Of a stretch of DNA of 64,000 nt, positions 47,577-57,879 are shown in pieces. The notes beneath the pieces were generated by a model. The model saw only the letters and a list, made by a program, of their open reading frames with translations. It ran no database searches and had not been told where the DNA came from. Made by a program: the position numbers and the translations under genes. This DNA comes from a virus, in IMG/VR virus record IMGVR_UViG_3300021961_007606, positions 7,708 through 71,707 of that record. One strand, written 5' to 3'. Position 1 is the first letter of the stretch. The number at the start of each line of letters is the position of its first letter.

Positions 47577-47605
47577 ACTATAGGGATCTTTTTTCTTACT
47601 TGCAA
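47577..47605 (-). promoter_or_regulatory. host-sigma-type promoter TTGCAA-N17-TATAGT
   Basis: Upstream of the SSB-recA operon. Confidence 0.65.
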
Positions 47606-47654
47606 CTATGTGCTAAACTTCCCTGGACTAGTCTCTTTAGTTTCTTGCCTAAAC

Positions 47655-48035
47655 TTAATGGGCTAATTCTTTTATTGTTATGGTTTTGTATGATTCTTCT
47701 CCTTCTGAAAGTAGTAATGTATCTTTGTACTGAGCCCAGTCGATAATATAAGTCTTATCGAGAACTCCATTATTTAATATACGAATTAAATTGTTAAGAG
47801 CATTAATACTGTAGAAGGTATTTGTTTCTTTTTTTCTATTTATTGATATTGTGTTTTTTAATCTACGTTCGGTTGTGTCTACGTTATACACACAAATAAC
47901 ATGATTTGGTGTAGCTACGTAAGAGTAACATTTTAAATTGCTTACTGCTATGGCTGTATAGGCTGCGTATATCTCTCCCAAGCTAGAAGGAAGCCTATCC
48001 AAATAAGTAAATGTACATAGAAGTTGAGGTCTCAT
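47655..48035 (-). CDS. hypothetical phage protein
   Basis: ORF track; LLCTF...NRKKETNTFYSINALN. Confidence 0.7.
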   Translation of the reverse strand: MRPQLLCTFTYLDRLPSSLGEIYAAYTAIAVSNLKCYSYVATPNHVICVYNVDTTERRLKNTISINRKKETNTFYSINALNNLIRILNNGVLDKTYIIDWAQYKDTLLLSEGEESYKTITIKELAH

Positions 48036-48268
48036 TTTTGATCTACTTGAGCAGACTGTGCTTTTTTTAAAGCGTCTTCGGCACCTTTTAGTGCAATCTT
48101 TTTAGCTTCAATATCTGCTTGTTTGGCTTTTACTGTCGCCTGCTTTTCTTTATCGCTAAGTTCCGAAACCTCTTCTTTATCTTCAGACCCTACTAAGGCT
48201 TTGCGAATTGCTTCTTTGAATAATTTGTAATCTAAAGCGGAATAGTCAATGCTGTTATCAGACGCCAT
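48032..48268 (-). CDS. small coiled-coil hypothetical protein
   Basis: ORF track; variant TATTTATT upstream. Confidence 0.6.
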   Translation of the reverse strand: MASDNSIDYSALDYKLFKEAIRKALVGSEDKEEVSELSDKEKQATVKAKQADIEAKKIALKGAEDALKKAQSAQVDQK

Positions 48269-48299
48269 ATAAAAACGTTTCTAATAAATATCTCCACTA

Positions 48300-49604
48300 T
48301 TAGCAAAGTGTTAAATTTTTATAAGTAGTTCCTTTCTTCACTTTTATAGGATACTTTTGCATATCAATGCTTTGTGGTATTATTTCAGTAGTTAGTTTTG
48401 CAAATTCTGTTTCTGGTAAGTCAAACAAAATACTATCATAGGTGTACAATACTGGCACACATTGCATGTCTTTTGATTTTTCCAATATGTTTTTAAGCAC
48501 TATTACATTTGTTTCAGTCTCATACATCTGTATAAAGTAGTTAAACAATACGTAACAGTTTATATCCTGGTAATTGCTTATTACCAGTCTTCTACCTGAT
48601 ATTGGACTTTCTATATGCCCTTCATCTTGTATTTTATTCCATAAGTAGTGAGCTAAGTTGTTTGTCTTTTCAAAGAATGGAATATGAAGATATTGCTGTT
48701 GTATACCACCATAGAGCTGTCTAAAAGTAGCTTCTTTTGCTTTTTCTATTTCTTCTTTACTTGGTGTTGGTGTGTTTGCATAATAGGTTGCTAAATGCTC
48801 ATACACATTATCATCACCAAAGTCATAACCTACCAATGAAGCAATTAATCGAGGATGGTAAGAATTAAAATCCATTTCAACCAAGATACCATTTTCAAAT
48901 CTAGATATAAAAGCATCCCTTGTGTTATCTTCTTTGTTTAAAGCTGCAAAGTTGATTCCACCAAAACGATTACTTGGCCTACCGGTTGTGGTATAGTAGT
49001 TGTACTCGGTATAGCAATAATCTTTGCTTCTGCTAAAAGTCTTTCCAAAACGCTCAGCAAACAAACTTGGATCAACCTTTAGACCACTCTTTTCAATGTT
49101 ATAGAATACATCCAGTAAATCGTTTTGATAAAAGCTAAGACCTGATTGTGATTCTTTTACCCAGCTTTCCTCAAAGATATTAAAAGCTATTTGCTCGTGC
49201 TTGTACAGAGATATAAGTTCGTTTATCTTATGACAGCTTTGAAAAGTTCTTGTATAGTGATTTACTATTCCAGGAGTTTCGTTGCTGTAACTCTGGTTTG
49301 TGTACAAGTAGTATTGCATCTTAACATCTACAAATTTAGATGTGTCATATCCCGCATACTTAAAAGACAAGCTATCGTAGCAATATACTTTACATGAATC
49401 TAAAAAGCTTAGATCACTACTATTGTATAGTCCTTCAGGATGCCCATTACTAAGAGTGTAACACTCGCGAGCCTCAATATCAACAAAAACAAAAGCAATG
49501 ATGCTATTGTGGTGTCTATGCAGTCTATCATCCTTCAATATAGGATATGCAAAAACTGCTTTGTTTTGTAAAGCATAAAGTTGTTGCAGACTATCTATAA
49601 CCAT
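48300..49604 (-). CDS. short, divergent second family-A DNA polymerase
   Basis: TTTGRPSN, MDFNSYHPR (motif A), K..TFRQLYG (motif B), NYFIQ, YTYDS (motif C). Confidence 0.8.
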   Translation of the reverse strand: MVIDSLQQLYALQNKAVFAYPILKDDRLHRHHNSIIAFVFVDIEARECYTLSNGHPEGLYNSSDLSFLDSCKVYCYDSLSFKYAGYDTSKFVDVKMQYYLYTNQSYSNETPGIVNHYTRTFQSCHKINELISLYKHEQIAFNIFEESWVKESQSGLSFYQNDLLDVFYNIEKSGLKVDPSLFAERFGKTFSRSKDYCYTEYNYYTTTGRPSNRFGGINFAALNKEDNTRDAFISRFENGILVEMDFNSYHPRLIASLVGYDFGDDNVYEHLATYYANTPTPSKEEIEKAKEATFRQLYGGIQQQYLHIPFFEKTNNLAHYLWNKIQDEGHIESPISGRRLVISNYQDINCYVLFNYFIQMYETETNVIVLKNILEKSKDMQCVPVLYTYDSILFDLPETEFAKLTTEIIPQSIDMQKYPIKVKKGTTYKNLTLC

Positions 49605-49610
49605 TCAACA

Positions 49611-49639
49611 ACTATACAATAAAATTATTAAAAAATCAA
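49611..49639 (-). promoter_or_regulatory. host-sigma-type promoter TTGATT-N17-TATAGT
   Basis: Upstream of the second PolA. Confidence 0.6.
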
Positions 49640-50202
49640 GCTAAAGTAAATCTAGCAAATTCAGTATAGTTTTTTACTGCGTACTGAACGCTTGGAGTTA
49701 CTACTGATGCTTGTAATAGACTTAATTCATTATTTATTGTAATATCTTTTTGGTATCCTGTAAGTTGCCACTGTACAGCTGATGCGGCATAAATACCTCC
49801 ATCAATGCCACCTTTTTTGTTAATGTTGCGAAATTGTTTTTCATCTATTTCAATTGCATAGCTTTGATCATCGTTTATCTTTTCCACAAAAAAACGAGTA
49901 TCGTATCCAATCAAGTACGCTTGCTCTATCGGAGTATAAGCAAAATATACTGGTAAAGTAAACTGTAATACTTTTGGATTAAAGTTATACTGCTTATCAT
50001 AAATGTAATGATCTTTGTTTGCATAATATCTTTGTAGTGGTAAAGCTTCTGGATCTACCACTGGACCAACTTTTGCAATGTTTCCGTCTAAGTGATACTC
50101 TCCTATGTACTCTATTCCATTTAAACTATACTCTTTACCCTTTGTATATAAATAAATGTTGTTATTTTTACGTACACCAAAACGACTTGTAAATGTGGCC
50201 AT
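49636..50202 (-). CDS. hypothetical baseplate-region protein
   Basis: Last gene of the tail operon; LYTKGKEY...Y.GEYH. Confidence 0.6.
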   Translation of the reverse strand: MATFTSRFGVRKNNNIYLYTKGKEYSLNGIEYIGEYHLDGNIAKVGPVVDPEALPLQRYYANKDHYIYDKQYNFNPKVLQFTLPVYFAYTPIEQAYLIGYDTRFFVEKINDDQSYAIEIDEKQFRNINKKGGIDGGIYAASAVQWQLTGYQKDITINNELSLLQASVVTPSVQYAVKNYTEFARFTLA

Positions 50203-50203
50203 G

Positions 50204-52603
50204 TTATTTAGGTTTTACTCGGGGTACTGTGTTTACTTGCATTGTCCAACCTTCTCCGGTGAGGCTGTGCTCAACAGATGTTATTTGCCAATTAAATTTT
50301 TCTCTGATTTCTTTTGGAATAAAATCTGTTGTTATTAGCTGTCCAAATCCAATACCACCAATTCCAAAATTAAAAGTCATAGTACATTCAACGGGCAATG
50401 GAACACCATCACAGTGTGGATGATTAGGATCTTCCATCATCTCTGCCATTTCTTTTTGTAAAAAATTTAAAGCATTGGTTACATTACTATCCGATATCCC
50501 ATTTTCCATACCCTCTTCCATAGCCACTCTAAAAGTTGTGAGTCTTGTTGTGTATGGGTCTTTATTTGCTTCTGGTGAATTTTTATCTGGACTGCATGGT
50601 TTAAGTTTTATGGGCTTTGAAGCTTTATTTAGGTCTGGATCGCTACCTCCCTGTACAACACTCCAAGCTCGTGCTGCTTTACCAGAACATGGATTTTGCT
50701 TATCCGACATTCCTCCCGAATTACCTGGGTTGTATAGCGCTTGAGTTCGCATAGCTGATGTCATTTTCATATCCAGCTTTAAATCGCTTATGATGCTGTT
50801 TTCTGGACGACTTGGAACTACAAAAGCTTCTGCTTTGTTTCCAGTATCGTTGTCTGTTGGTGTTGTTTTTACATCAACTACAGTAAGTTGCTCGTTGCTT
50901 TCATTTTCTGGTGTTTTTTTATCATCTGGTACTGGTGTGAGAATTAAGTCCCAATGGCTACCGGTTGCAGTACTAATTTCGCGCAGTACGCGATCCATAA
51001 AAGTGTTAAGTTGAAAGTTACCAGTTTTAGGATTTTCAATTTCACCCAATACCCTTGTCAGCATCATTACATTAAGACGTATCTTGGATAATCTTACATA
51101 CTTTTTATTACCAACTTGAACATACGCAGTCTTATCTTGGTAATAATTAAATCCCCCTTCTTCATCTAAAATATACTTTAACTCAGGAGCTCCTGGTATT
51201 AGGCAAACTCGAGGATCAACTGATTGTTGCAGCACATCTACGCTCTTACCTCTAATTACCGGAAGAAGGACTCCCTTACTCGATAAAATAGTTTGTTTAA
51301 CATCGTCATCAGCATCAGATAAAACATATTTTGAAATTAAAGCTTCTAATACAGCAAAAGATATGTAAGTTTCAGTCACTCCTAGCTCAAGTGTTTCGGT
51401 AAAAAAGCTCTTAATACTGTTAATAATTCCACTAGTATTCCCACTTACTTCTCGAACTGGCCCTTCATATTGTTGAAATTCAACAAACATTTCAGCTGGG
51501 TTTTGTTTATATTTGCTTGCATTTGCTTTTAAATCCTCTAGCAATGCTTGTTGTTTTTCTACATCCAAAAGTGTTTGAGGTTTTTGCGGAGGTCCTCCTT
51601 GAGCGATACGCAACTCGTGAAGTCTTCTTTGTGCTTCAACTTGTGCTTGTGAATCCCCAACAGGAGCTGGTGTATTTTTTGCTAGAGTTGCAAGCTCTTG
51701 AAGCTTTGTATTTAATACAGAAACAAAAATATCTTCTTCCTTATTTTCTGTGTTGGTTGTTTTAAATCCAACTGACGGGCCCAATGATCCATCTGAGTTT
51801 TTACAAGGTTCAACCATTGGTTTTTCCATTTTACTCTCTGCAGCTGATATAATTTCCAAAGTACAAATCCAATATTGCGCACTCTCGAGTGTCCAGCTAA
51901 AGTTAGTCACTCTTCCTTGCAGACCATAATATAAACCTTTATTTTTTTCTACATGCTTTCGTATTACATCTGTAGCTTCTCCATCGGTAAGAGTGTCAGG
52001 TGCTTGAACTGGATAGGGGTTTGGATTACCTCCTGCATAATACCCCCACTCCACTCTTACACTCATCCCAGGAATAAAAAAACACTTTTGTAGTTGTGCC
52101 AATCCTTCGCCTACAGTACTTACTATAATCGTTATAGTGCATTTTGATGTTGTACCAAGCTCCCCTTGTTTTTGTACTTTAATATTGTCGATCATAGGTT
52201 TTATGATCTTTTTAGATATCGTAATACGATTGCTACCAAAAGCACCTCCTGACCTGAGACCTGCATTTTCATCCAGAATAATATTAGTGTTTCCAGAAGT
52301 TGTTGCTGTTATAGTTTCAAACGGACTAACTTCGTTTGTACGAACACTCTGATCTATTCTTTGCAATGCGATAGCATCACGATCTTGTAATTGAGCACCT
52401 GTTGTTTTTTTATAAAAAGGAGTGCTAGATATGTAGTTACTTAAATTATTGTACTCCGATTCACATAACTTGGACATGCTTTTTAACTGAAACCATATAT
52501 TTTTAGCGCTGGTTGCAGCATTTAGTTTATCTACACTTCCCGCCAATTCCTTAAACCGTTCCTGCACAAACGGCGGTACATTTTTTGGTTGAAAAATACT
52601 CAT
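50204..52603 (-). CDS. putative baseplate hub protein (gp27-like)
   Basis: PGMSVRVEWGY, GRVTNFSW, GIGGIGFGQ, ITSVEHSL...W; position after LysM gene. Confidence 0.65.
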   Translation of the reverse strand: MSIFQPKNVPPFVQERFKELAGSVDKLNAATSAKNIWFQLKSMSKLCESEYNNLSNYISSTPFYKKTTGAQLQDRDAIALQRIDQSVRTNEVSPFETITATTSGNTNIILDENAGLRSGGAFGSNRITISKKIIKPMIDNIKVQKQGELGTTSKCTITIIVSTVGEGLAQLQKCFFIPGMSVRVEWGYYAGGNPNPYPVQAPDTLTDGEATDVIRKHVEKNKGLYYGLQGRVTNFSWTLESAQYWICTLEIISAAESKMEKPMVEPCKNSDGSLGPSVGFKTTNTENKEEDIFVSVLNTKLQELATLAKNTPAPVGDSQAQVEAQRRLHELRIAQGGPPQKPQTLLDVEKQQALLEDLKANASKYKQNPAEMFVEFQQYEGPVREVSGNTSGIINSIKSFFTETLELGVTETYISFAVLEALISKYVLSDADDDVKQTILSSKGVLLPVIRGKSVDVLQQSVDPRVCLIPGAPELKYILDEEGGFNYYQDKTAYVQVGNKKYVRLSKIRLNVMMLTRVLGEIENPKTGNFQLNTFMDRVLREISTATGSHWDLILTPVPDDKKTPENESNEQLTVVDVKTTPTDNDTGNKAEAFVVPSRPENSIISDLKLDMKMTSAMRTQALYNPGNSGGMSDKQNPCSGKAARAWSVVQGGSDPDLNKASKPIKLKPCSPDKNSPEANKDPYTTRLTTFRVAMEEGMENGISDSNVTNALNFLQKEMAEMMEDPNHPHCDGVPLPVECTMTFNFGIGGIGFGQLITTDFIPKEIREKFNWQITSVEHSLTGEGWTMQVNTVPRVKPK

Positions 52604-52605
52604 AA

Positions 52606-52896
52606 CTATTTATTTAAGTTTTGCAAATTTGTTAAGATTGCATTTATATTTCTAGGGATTCTAAGCTGCAATCCTGGCGGTATTGTGAAAGTTCCTTTGC
52701 CAAGTCCATTTGCTTCTGCTATTACCCACCAATAACTCACATCTCCATAGTAGTTGTAAGCAAGCAAATCTAGTCGATCGCCTGGTGTTGTAATTACGTA
52801 AATATCGTCTACGCTTCGTGGAATTGGAGGATAAATAGTTGGCTTTGTTACCTGCCTATTATTGTCAGTTTTAGTGTATGTGTTTCTACTGCTCAT
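52606..52896 (-). CDS. LysM / tail-X baseplate protein
   Basis: GDRLDLLAYNYYGD..YWWVIAEAN...PPG.QLRIP. Confidence 0.85.
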   Translation of the reverse strand: MSSRNTYTKTDNNRQVTKPTIYPPIPRSVDDIYVITTPGDRLDLLAYNYYGDVSYWWVIAEANGLGKGTFTIPPGLQLRIPRNINAILTNLQNLNK

Positions 52897-52900
52897 AGTT

Positions 52901-54976
52901 TTACCCTTTATTTAAAATTGCAAGATACTGTCTACCTTGCGCAACATCCACTGTGCAAGACAAGGACACATCCACAAGATGAGGTACTTCTTTTCCTATA
53001 TCCCAACTGTAATCTGCTGTCTGTACATCAAGCTTGATGCTGTCAATAAATACAGGTACTTGCACACACCACGTTCCAATTGTCAAATCAAATGTATTAG
53101 ATCCTGCGGCAACTCCATCAATAACTCCAGGTATAGTTGCAACTTGACAGATTGTCTGCAAACGGCCGTATAGTATATTTAAGTCGCTTTGAGTAAAAGC
53201 TGCTACTTTAAATCCTAAAGAAATCTGACGACCTGCCGATTCAAAAGATTTAATTTCATTGGGTCTATTAAAAAACTTCTTACCTGCATATGATGTAGTA
53301 AAACTGTCACTAAAAGAAGTAAGGAATGCCTTAAAACGGAATGGTGCTCTTTTTCCTCCTCCCACTACAACTCCAATTTCTAATTTTACAAAGTCTTTTG
53401 TGGGTACTCCTGTTATTGGTGAGCTTAGTGTTTCTGTTGTTAATTTTGATTCAAGCAGTTGTGAAGGTGGTTTGTTATCAATATACTTAACCTTTTTACC
53501 TCCTCTATATGACCATGTGCGTGTTTTAGCTAAATCTTCACGAAAGTCATTGCTGGTTAAATCAACTTGTGAATTGCCCTTTTTTACTAATTCATCATAA
53601 GCGAGTGTAGAATAACTTCCCAAACTACGTGGAGCAGATTCACTATTATCCAGACCTTTATTCTTATCTATAGATCCTTTTTGTTTGTCAAACTCAACAG
53701 AACCTGATTTATATACCCCAATTTTAGTGTAGTCTACATCATCCCTGACATCTATCAAGCTAGCTAATCCTGGATCTTTGGACTCTGCCAAGTATTTTAG
53801 TATGTCGTTTTTAAATCCAGGATGAGAGCCTCCAATGGATAGTGTATTTTTAATCTTGTCTTGAAAGTAACTAGACCCTTGTTTTGTTATAGTATCTGAC
53901 AATCCAGAGTCACCATGAGCAACAATAGGTGAAAAAAACGCTATTGTTCTACTAAGCTCGTAACGTAATAGTTTTAAAGTTGGTGATGTAAACCTTGGTA
54001 TAAAACTAAAAGGTAAAATGTTTGATGTATTGTTAGGAATCTCTTGCTGTACTTCTTCCACAGTTGGTACTATAACAATACTTTTTGGAATAAACACCGA
54101 AACTTCTTTTGGTGTTAACTTTATTCGAATTTTAGGATCCTCAGTATAGGCACCAGCTGGTTTTGTTAGAGTAGTCTCAATTAATGGTATAACAGGATAA
54201 GCTCCTTCTGGAGCAGTTAGTGTTGTATTAATTACTGATTGTGCTTTATTATTAGATATAATAATTCCTTGCAATAAAGCTAAAGTTTCTACTTTTTTAG
54301 ATGGTTGTGGATTTGTACCTAATCCTTGTAATGGTGCTATCAAGTCCGAAGACTTTGTGTATTTTGGATTTGTTCCTGGTCCTTGGTTTGGATTTTGAAT
54401 TGGAACAGTTGTATTAATAAGCGAGCTGTAAACTCCGTTACTAAAAACGGTTCCTTGTAGTACTAGAGAATTATAATTTAATACTCTCAAGTCAACAGAA
54501 CCTTGTGCAATCTTTGGATTGTAAGCTTTAATATCTGTACCTCCTTGATTTCCTACTGCATTTGGATATGTAATCTGTATGTTGCTTGTATGAGTAAATA
54601 AACCAAATGGACTGATCTTAATGTAGTTGGCATAAGTATCGGATAAATAAAACTGAGGTAAATAAGTTGTAGTGCCTAAGTTTATTTGTGAAAGTCTATC
54701 TCGCAAGGATATTGCTGATCTAAACCTAGTGTTTGCCATTGGCTTAGCCAAACTAGCTAACGGTGCTGTAATAAATTCTCTTAAAGAAGGTATTTGTGTT
54801 GTTGGTGTTTTGATAATGGCTTTTAGGATTGCACTGTTTTTTTCAACGGCATTGGGTGTGAGTTTTAAACTTGCACCTTCTTTAGCTTTTACCGAAGTTG
54901 GGATAGGTAGGCGTTGGCCTTGTATGCTATCTTTATAACGCTCTTCTAAGCTTATAGTTTTAAACAGTTTTGCCAT
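52901..54976 (-). CDS. tail-tube-initiator-like baseplate protein with long N-terminal extension
   Basis: C-terminal FKAFLTSFSDSF...RQISLGFKVAA...LTIG...W.I...VPH; follows the tape measure gene. Confidence 0.6.
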   Translation of the reverse strand: MAKLFKTISLEERYKDSIQGQRLPIPTSVKAKEGASLKLTPNAVEKNSAILKAIIKTPTTQIPSLREFITAPLASLAKPMANTRFRSAISLRDRLSQINLGTTTYLPQFYLSDTYANYIKISPFGLFTHTSNIQITYPNAVGNQGGTDIKAYNPKIAQGSVDLRVLNYNSLVLQGTVFSNGVYSSLINTTVPIQNPNQGPGTNPKYTKSSDLIAPLQGLGTNPQPSKKVETLALLQGIIISNNKAQSVINTTLTAPEGAYPVIPLIETTLTKPAGAYTEDPKIRIKLTPKEVSVFIPKSIVIVPTVEEVQQEIPNNTSNILPFSFIPRFTSPTLKLLRYELSRTIAFFSPIVAHGDSGLSDTITKQGSSYFQDKIKNTLSIGGSHPGFKNDILKYLAESKDPGLASLIDVRDDVDYTKIGVYKSGSVEFDKQKGSIDKNKGLDNSESAPRSLGSYSTLAYDELVKKGNSQVDLTSNDFREDLAKTRTWSYRGGKKVKYIDNKPPSQLLESKLTTETLSSPITGVPTKDFVKLEIGVVVGGGKRAPFRFKAFLTSFSDSFTTSYAGKKFFNRPNEIKSFESAGRQISLGFKVAAFTQSDLNILYGRLQTICQVATIPGVIDGVAAGSNTFDLTIGTWCVQVPVFIDSIKLDVQTADYSWDIGKEVPHLVDVSLSCTVDVAQGRQYLAILNKG

Positions 54977-54978
54977 TA

Positions 54979-57531
54979 TTATTTACCACCCTTTCTTACT
55001 GGTGTAGATCCTAAAGTTATATTTTTTTCAATGATTGGTGATAAAACCACTCCAACCTTTTCTTTGTCTAAAATAACATCACCTTTAATGCTAGTTATAG
55101 CAGCTGAGATTTTACTTGCTATTTGGTTGATGGAGTTTTCGCTCAACTCTACTGTACTTTGTTTTTCACTCTTACCCCCCTCACCACCTCCAAATAGACC
55201 GCCTAATCCTGCAAGTGCAACAAGACCTCCGCCTACTACTGCCAAAGCTGTTAATGCTTTGATTACCGGCATTGCTAATAGTCCTGCAGATGCCATTATT
55301 GCCAATCCTGCTCCAATACCCAACATTGCCTGCGGTAATACCGCTAAATTCTTATACGGAATTTCTCCAAACTGCTTTACCATGTAACCTATTCCAAGTG
55401 CAGCAGCTGCTATCCCAACGCCTATTAATAAGAAGGCTAATCCAAGAGCCATTAACGGACCTGCAACTGCTGTTGAAGCTGCACCCATTGCTGATATAAT
55501 AGGTATCATTAGAGCCAACATACCAGCAAAACCCACTATCACAAGTGTTATTGCAATCAAAGCTGCCTTCATCTCATCGTTAGACAAACCTTTAAATGAC
55601 TGCACCAATTCTGCTAGTCCCTCAGAAGCAAATTTAATTCCTAATCCTATCAACATTAAAGCTGCTCCAACTGCTGCAATTGCAGCTGCTGTTGAAAGCA
55701 TTTGTTTAGCATCTATTTTAGCTAGTTTATCCAGCATACCAGCTTTATCAGCTCCAGGTGGTACTTTTGGTCCTCCTCCCAACCCTGGTAAAGGTCCTTG
55801 CATTGGTTGAGGGCCAATTGGTGCTTTAGCTCCAAACCCAAATAACCCTTTCATTTTGCCTAATGCTCCTGATCCTTCTGTAAATCCCTTAACCATGCTT
55901 TTGGTCAAGCCTAAAGTATCTGTAAAAGCTTTACGCATTTCATTAAGAGCAACAAGCTGACCACCAAGTCCTGTAACGCCGTCAAATATATTCTTGGCTA
56001 TACCACCAGAGTTGGCTAGTATATCATCCATTGTAGTTTCTCCCGTAGCCAATGCTTCTTGCTGTTCTTTGGTTAGGCTAGCTAGCTTGTCTTGGTTTTT
56101 AACCATCTTGGACAACTCACCCACACTAACACCCATAGATTCAGCTAATGCTTTTCTTTGCACAACATTCATTTTATTGAACTCTGCCTCACCTCCAACA
56201 TTTTTTAACATTTCTTGGGTTGCTCCAAGTAAGTCGCCATTAAGAGCAGCCTCTCTTGCTTTGTCAAGATTAATCTCTCTACCCAATAATACAGACGCTT
56301 CCATTTGCTTATTGATAGAGTTTTCAAAATCCAACAAACCTTCAGACATTTTGGTAATAGTAGACATTTCAATTCCCAACTTATGAGCTGCAACTGATAC
56401 AGCTACCATGTCCTTACCCCCATTCTTAGTATTTGCTGCGATTGCTTCGGAGTTTTGAGCCATATCTTTCATTACAGCCCCTGGTGCAACGTGTGCTGCT
56501 TTGGCTAAATTACCTGCAAACCTCATTGTTTCTGTAGCACTTTGCTCGCTAGCTCCTGGAAGATTTTTCATCTGACCATATAGCTTTCCAGCATCGCCTG
56601 CTGCCACTCCAAAGGTTTTGCTTAGCTTACCCACTTCAGCAACGGCGTCTGATGTGGCTGATTCTAAATTCCCAGTACTCTCAGCAATACCTGCCATGAT
56701 TTCGGCATTTTCTTTAAGAGACGCACCACTGAGACTAAACATGGCACCCATTGCAATACCACCTTCTTTAAATGTTTGTGTTACAGTAAGCCCTTCTTTC
56801 CTCATCTCCCCAAACACTTCATTCATTTCTTTCCCCATTTCTAAGCTCTTTTCGAGCAAAAGACCCTTCATAAAAGCTTTTCGGACTTCAGGATCCATTA
56901 CGACGGCTTTAATCTTAGCACCGAGAATTGAATATTCTTTTTTAAGCTTATCTGCCTCTTCTCGTACTTCAACCATGTAACTAGCCAACGCTTCGGTGAT
57001 CTCGAGCTGCTCGTCCATTTCTTTTTTAACATGCTGTCTGTGTTGAAGTTCTTTTATTAGTGTTTGAACTTTCTCATCACCTAAATCCGTAATGTTATTT
57101 TCAAGCATGTAAGTAGTTAGAAGTTGAGCGTACTCATCTTTTAAACCGGTACCTATCATGTTTCGCTTTAGCAACAAATCGTCTAGGACTTGTGTTTCAG
57201 CTGAGAGCAGGTTACCAAAATCTCTTTGTATTTTTAAATTGTTTTGTATAGTTTCTTTGACCTCTTTATGGTCTTCAAGGTGATCTTTAAACACCTTAGT
57301 AATACCCTCATACTGCTTTAAAGATTTTGCTAAATCCTCCTTCTGTTCGCTAAGATATTCTGCGGAGTGCTCTAATTGATCTGCAAAGGATTCAGCAAAT
57401 CCTACCAGTGCCTCAAAGCTAACCCCTAATGCTCTAGCTTTTTCAATTTGCTTTTGCATTTCAGGCCCAAGACCTTTTATAGCTCTATCATAAGCTTTTA
57501 TGTCTTCAGGTGATGGATTTTCGTTTGCCAT
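54979..57531 (-). CDS. tail tape measure protein
   Basis: Long Ala/Gly-rich helical protein, LLDFENSI..QMEAS.LLGREINL.KAR, C-terminal TM segments. Confidence 0.85.
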   Translation of the reverse strand: MANENPSPEDIKAYDRAIKGLGPEMQKQIEKARALGVSFEALVGFAESFADQLEHSAEYLSEQKEDLAKSLKQYEGITKVFKDHLEDHKEVKETIQNNLKIQRDFGNLLSAETQVLDDLLLKRNMIGTGLKDEYAQLLTTYMLENNITDLGDEKVQTLIKELQHRQHVKKEMDEQLEITEALASYMVEVREEADKLKKEYSILGAKIKAVVMDPEVRKAFMKGLLLEKSLEMGKEMNEVFGEMRKEGLTVTQTFKEGGIAMGAMFSLSGASLKENAEIMAGIAESTGNLESATSDAVAEVGKLSKTFGVAAGDAGKLYGQMKNLPGASEQSATETMRFAGNLAKAAHVAPGAVMKDMAQNSEAIAANTKNGGKDMVAVSVAAHKLGIEMSTITKMSEGLLDFENSINKQMEASVLLGREINLDKAREAALNGDLLGATQEMLKNVGGEAEFNKMNVVQRKALAESMGVSVGELSKMVKNQDKLASLTKEQQEALATGETTMDDILANSGGIAKNIFDGVTGLGGQLVALNEMRKAFTDTLGLTKSMVKGFTEGSGALGKMKGLFGFGAKAPIGPQPMQGPLPGLGGGPKVPPGADKAGMLDKLAKIDAKQMLSTAAAIAAVGAALMLIGLGIKFASEGLAELVQSFKGLSNDEMKAALIAITLVIVGFAGMLALMIPIISAMGAASTAVAGPLMALGLAFLLIGVGIAAAALGIGYMVKQFGEIPYKNLAVLPQAMLGIGAGLAIMASAGLLAMPVIKALTALAVVGGGLVALAGLGGLFGGGEGGKSEKQSTVELSENSINQIASKISAAITSIKGDVILDKEKVGVVLSPIIEKNITLGSTPVRKGGK

Positions 57532-57544
57532 TTAACTAATACAG

Positions 57545-57844
57545 TTAACGTTTGTATCTTTGAGTTGCTAATGCTTTAAGAAACTTAGTATCACGTTTAA
57601 GTAAATCACTTACACGGTCTTCTAAATCACTTTGACTTATTTTAAGGTCTTTTGCCAAAGCACTAATCTTAGGGTCCTTAAATATATCCGATTGTCTAAT
57701 GTTTTTGTAATTATTTAATACACTATACACTATGTTATCAGCTGTACCTTTGGCCCAAGAAAACAAACCTTCTTTGAGTTTTTCTTCTTCTAACACAGCG
57801 TGCAACTCTTCTTGTATAATTTTTTGCAATTCAGATCTTTTCAT
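57545..57844 (-). CDS. hypothetical protein with KxIxEE leader
   Basis: MKRSELQKIIQEELHAVLEEEKLKE; two TATTTATA copies upstream (57860, 57872). Confidence 0.6.
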   Translation of the reverse strand: MKRSELQKIIQEELHAVLEEEKLKEGLFSWAKGTADNIVYSVLNNYKNIRQSDIFKDPKISALAKDLKISQSDLEDRVSDLLKRDTKFLKALATQRYKR

Positions 57845-57879
57845 TGCTTGTTAGTTTTATATAAATAGTTTTATAAATA

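Noticed and set aside
50147-50154. TATAAATA copy inside gene 49636-50202
   Set aside because: Within coding sequence with no nearby start; likely chance in AT-rich DNA
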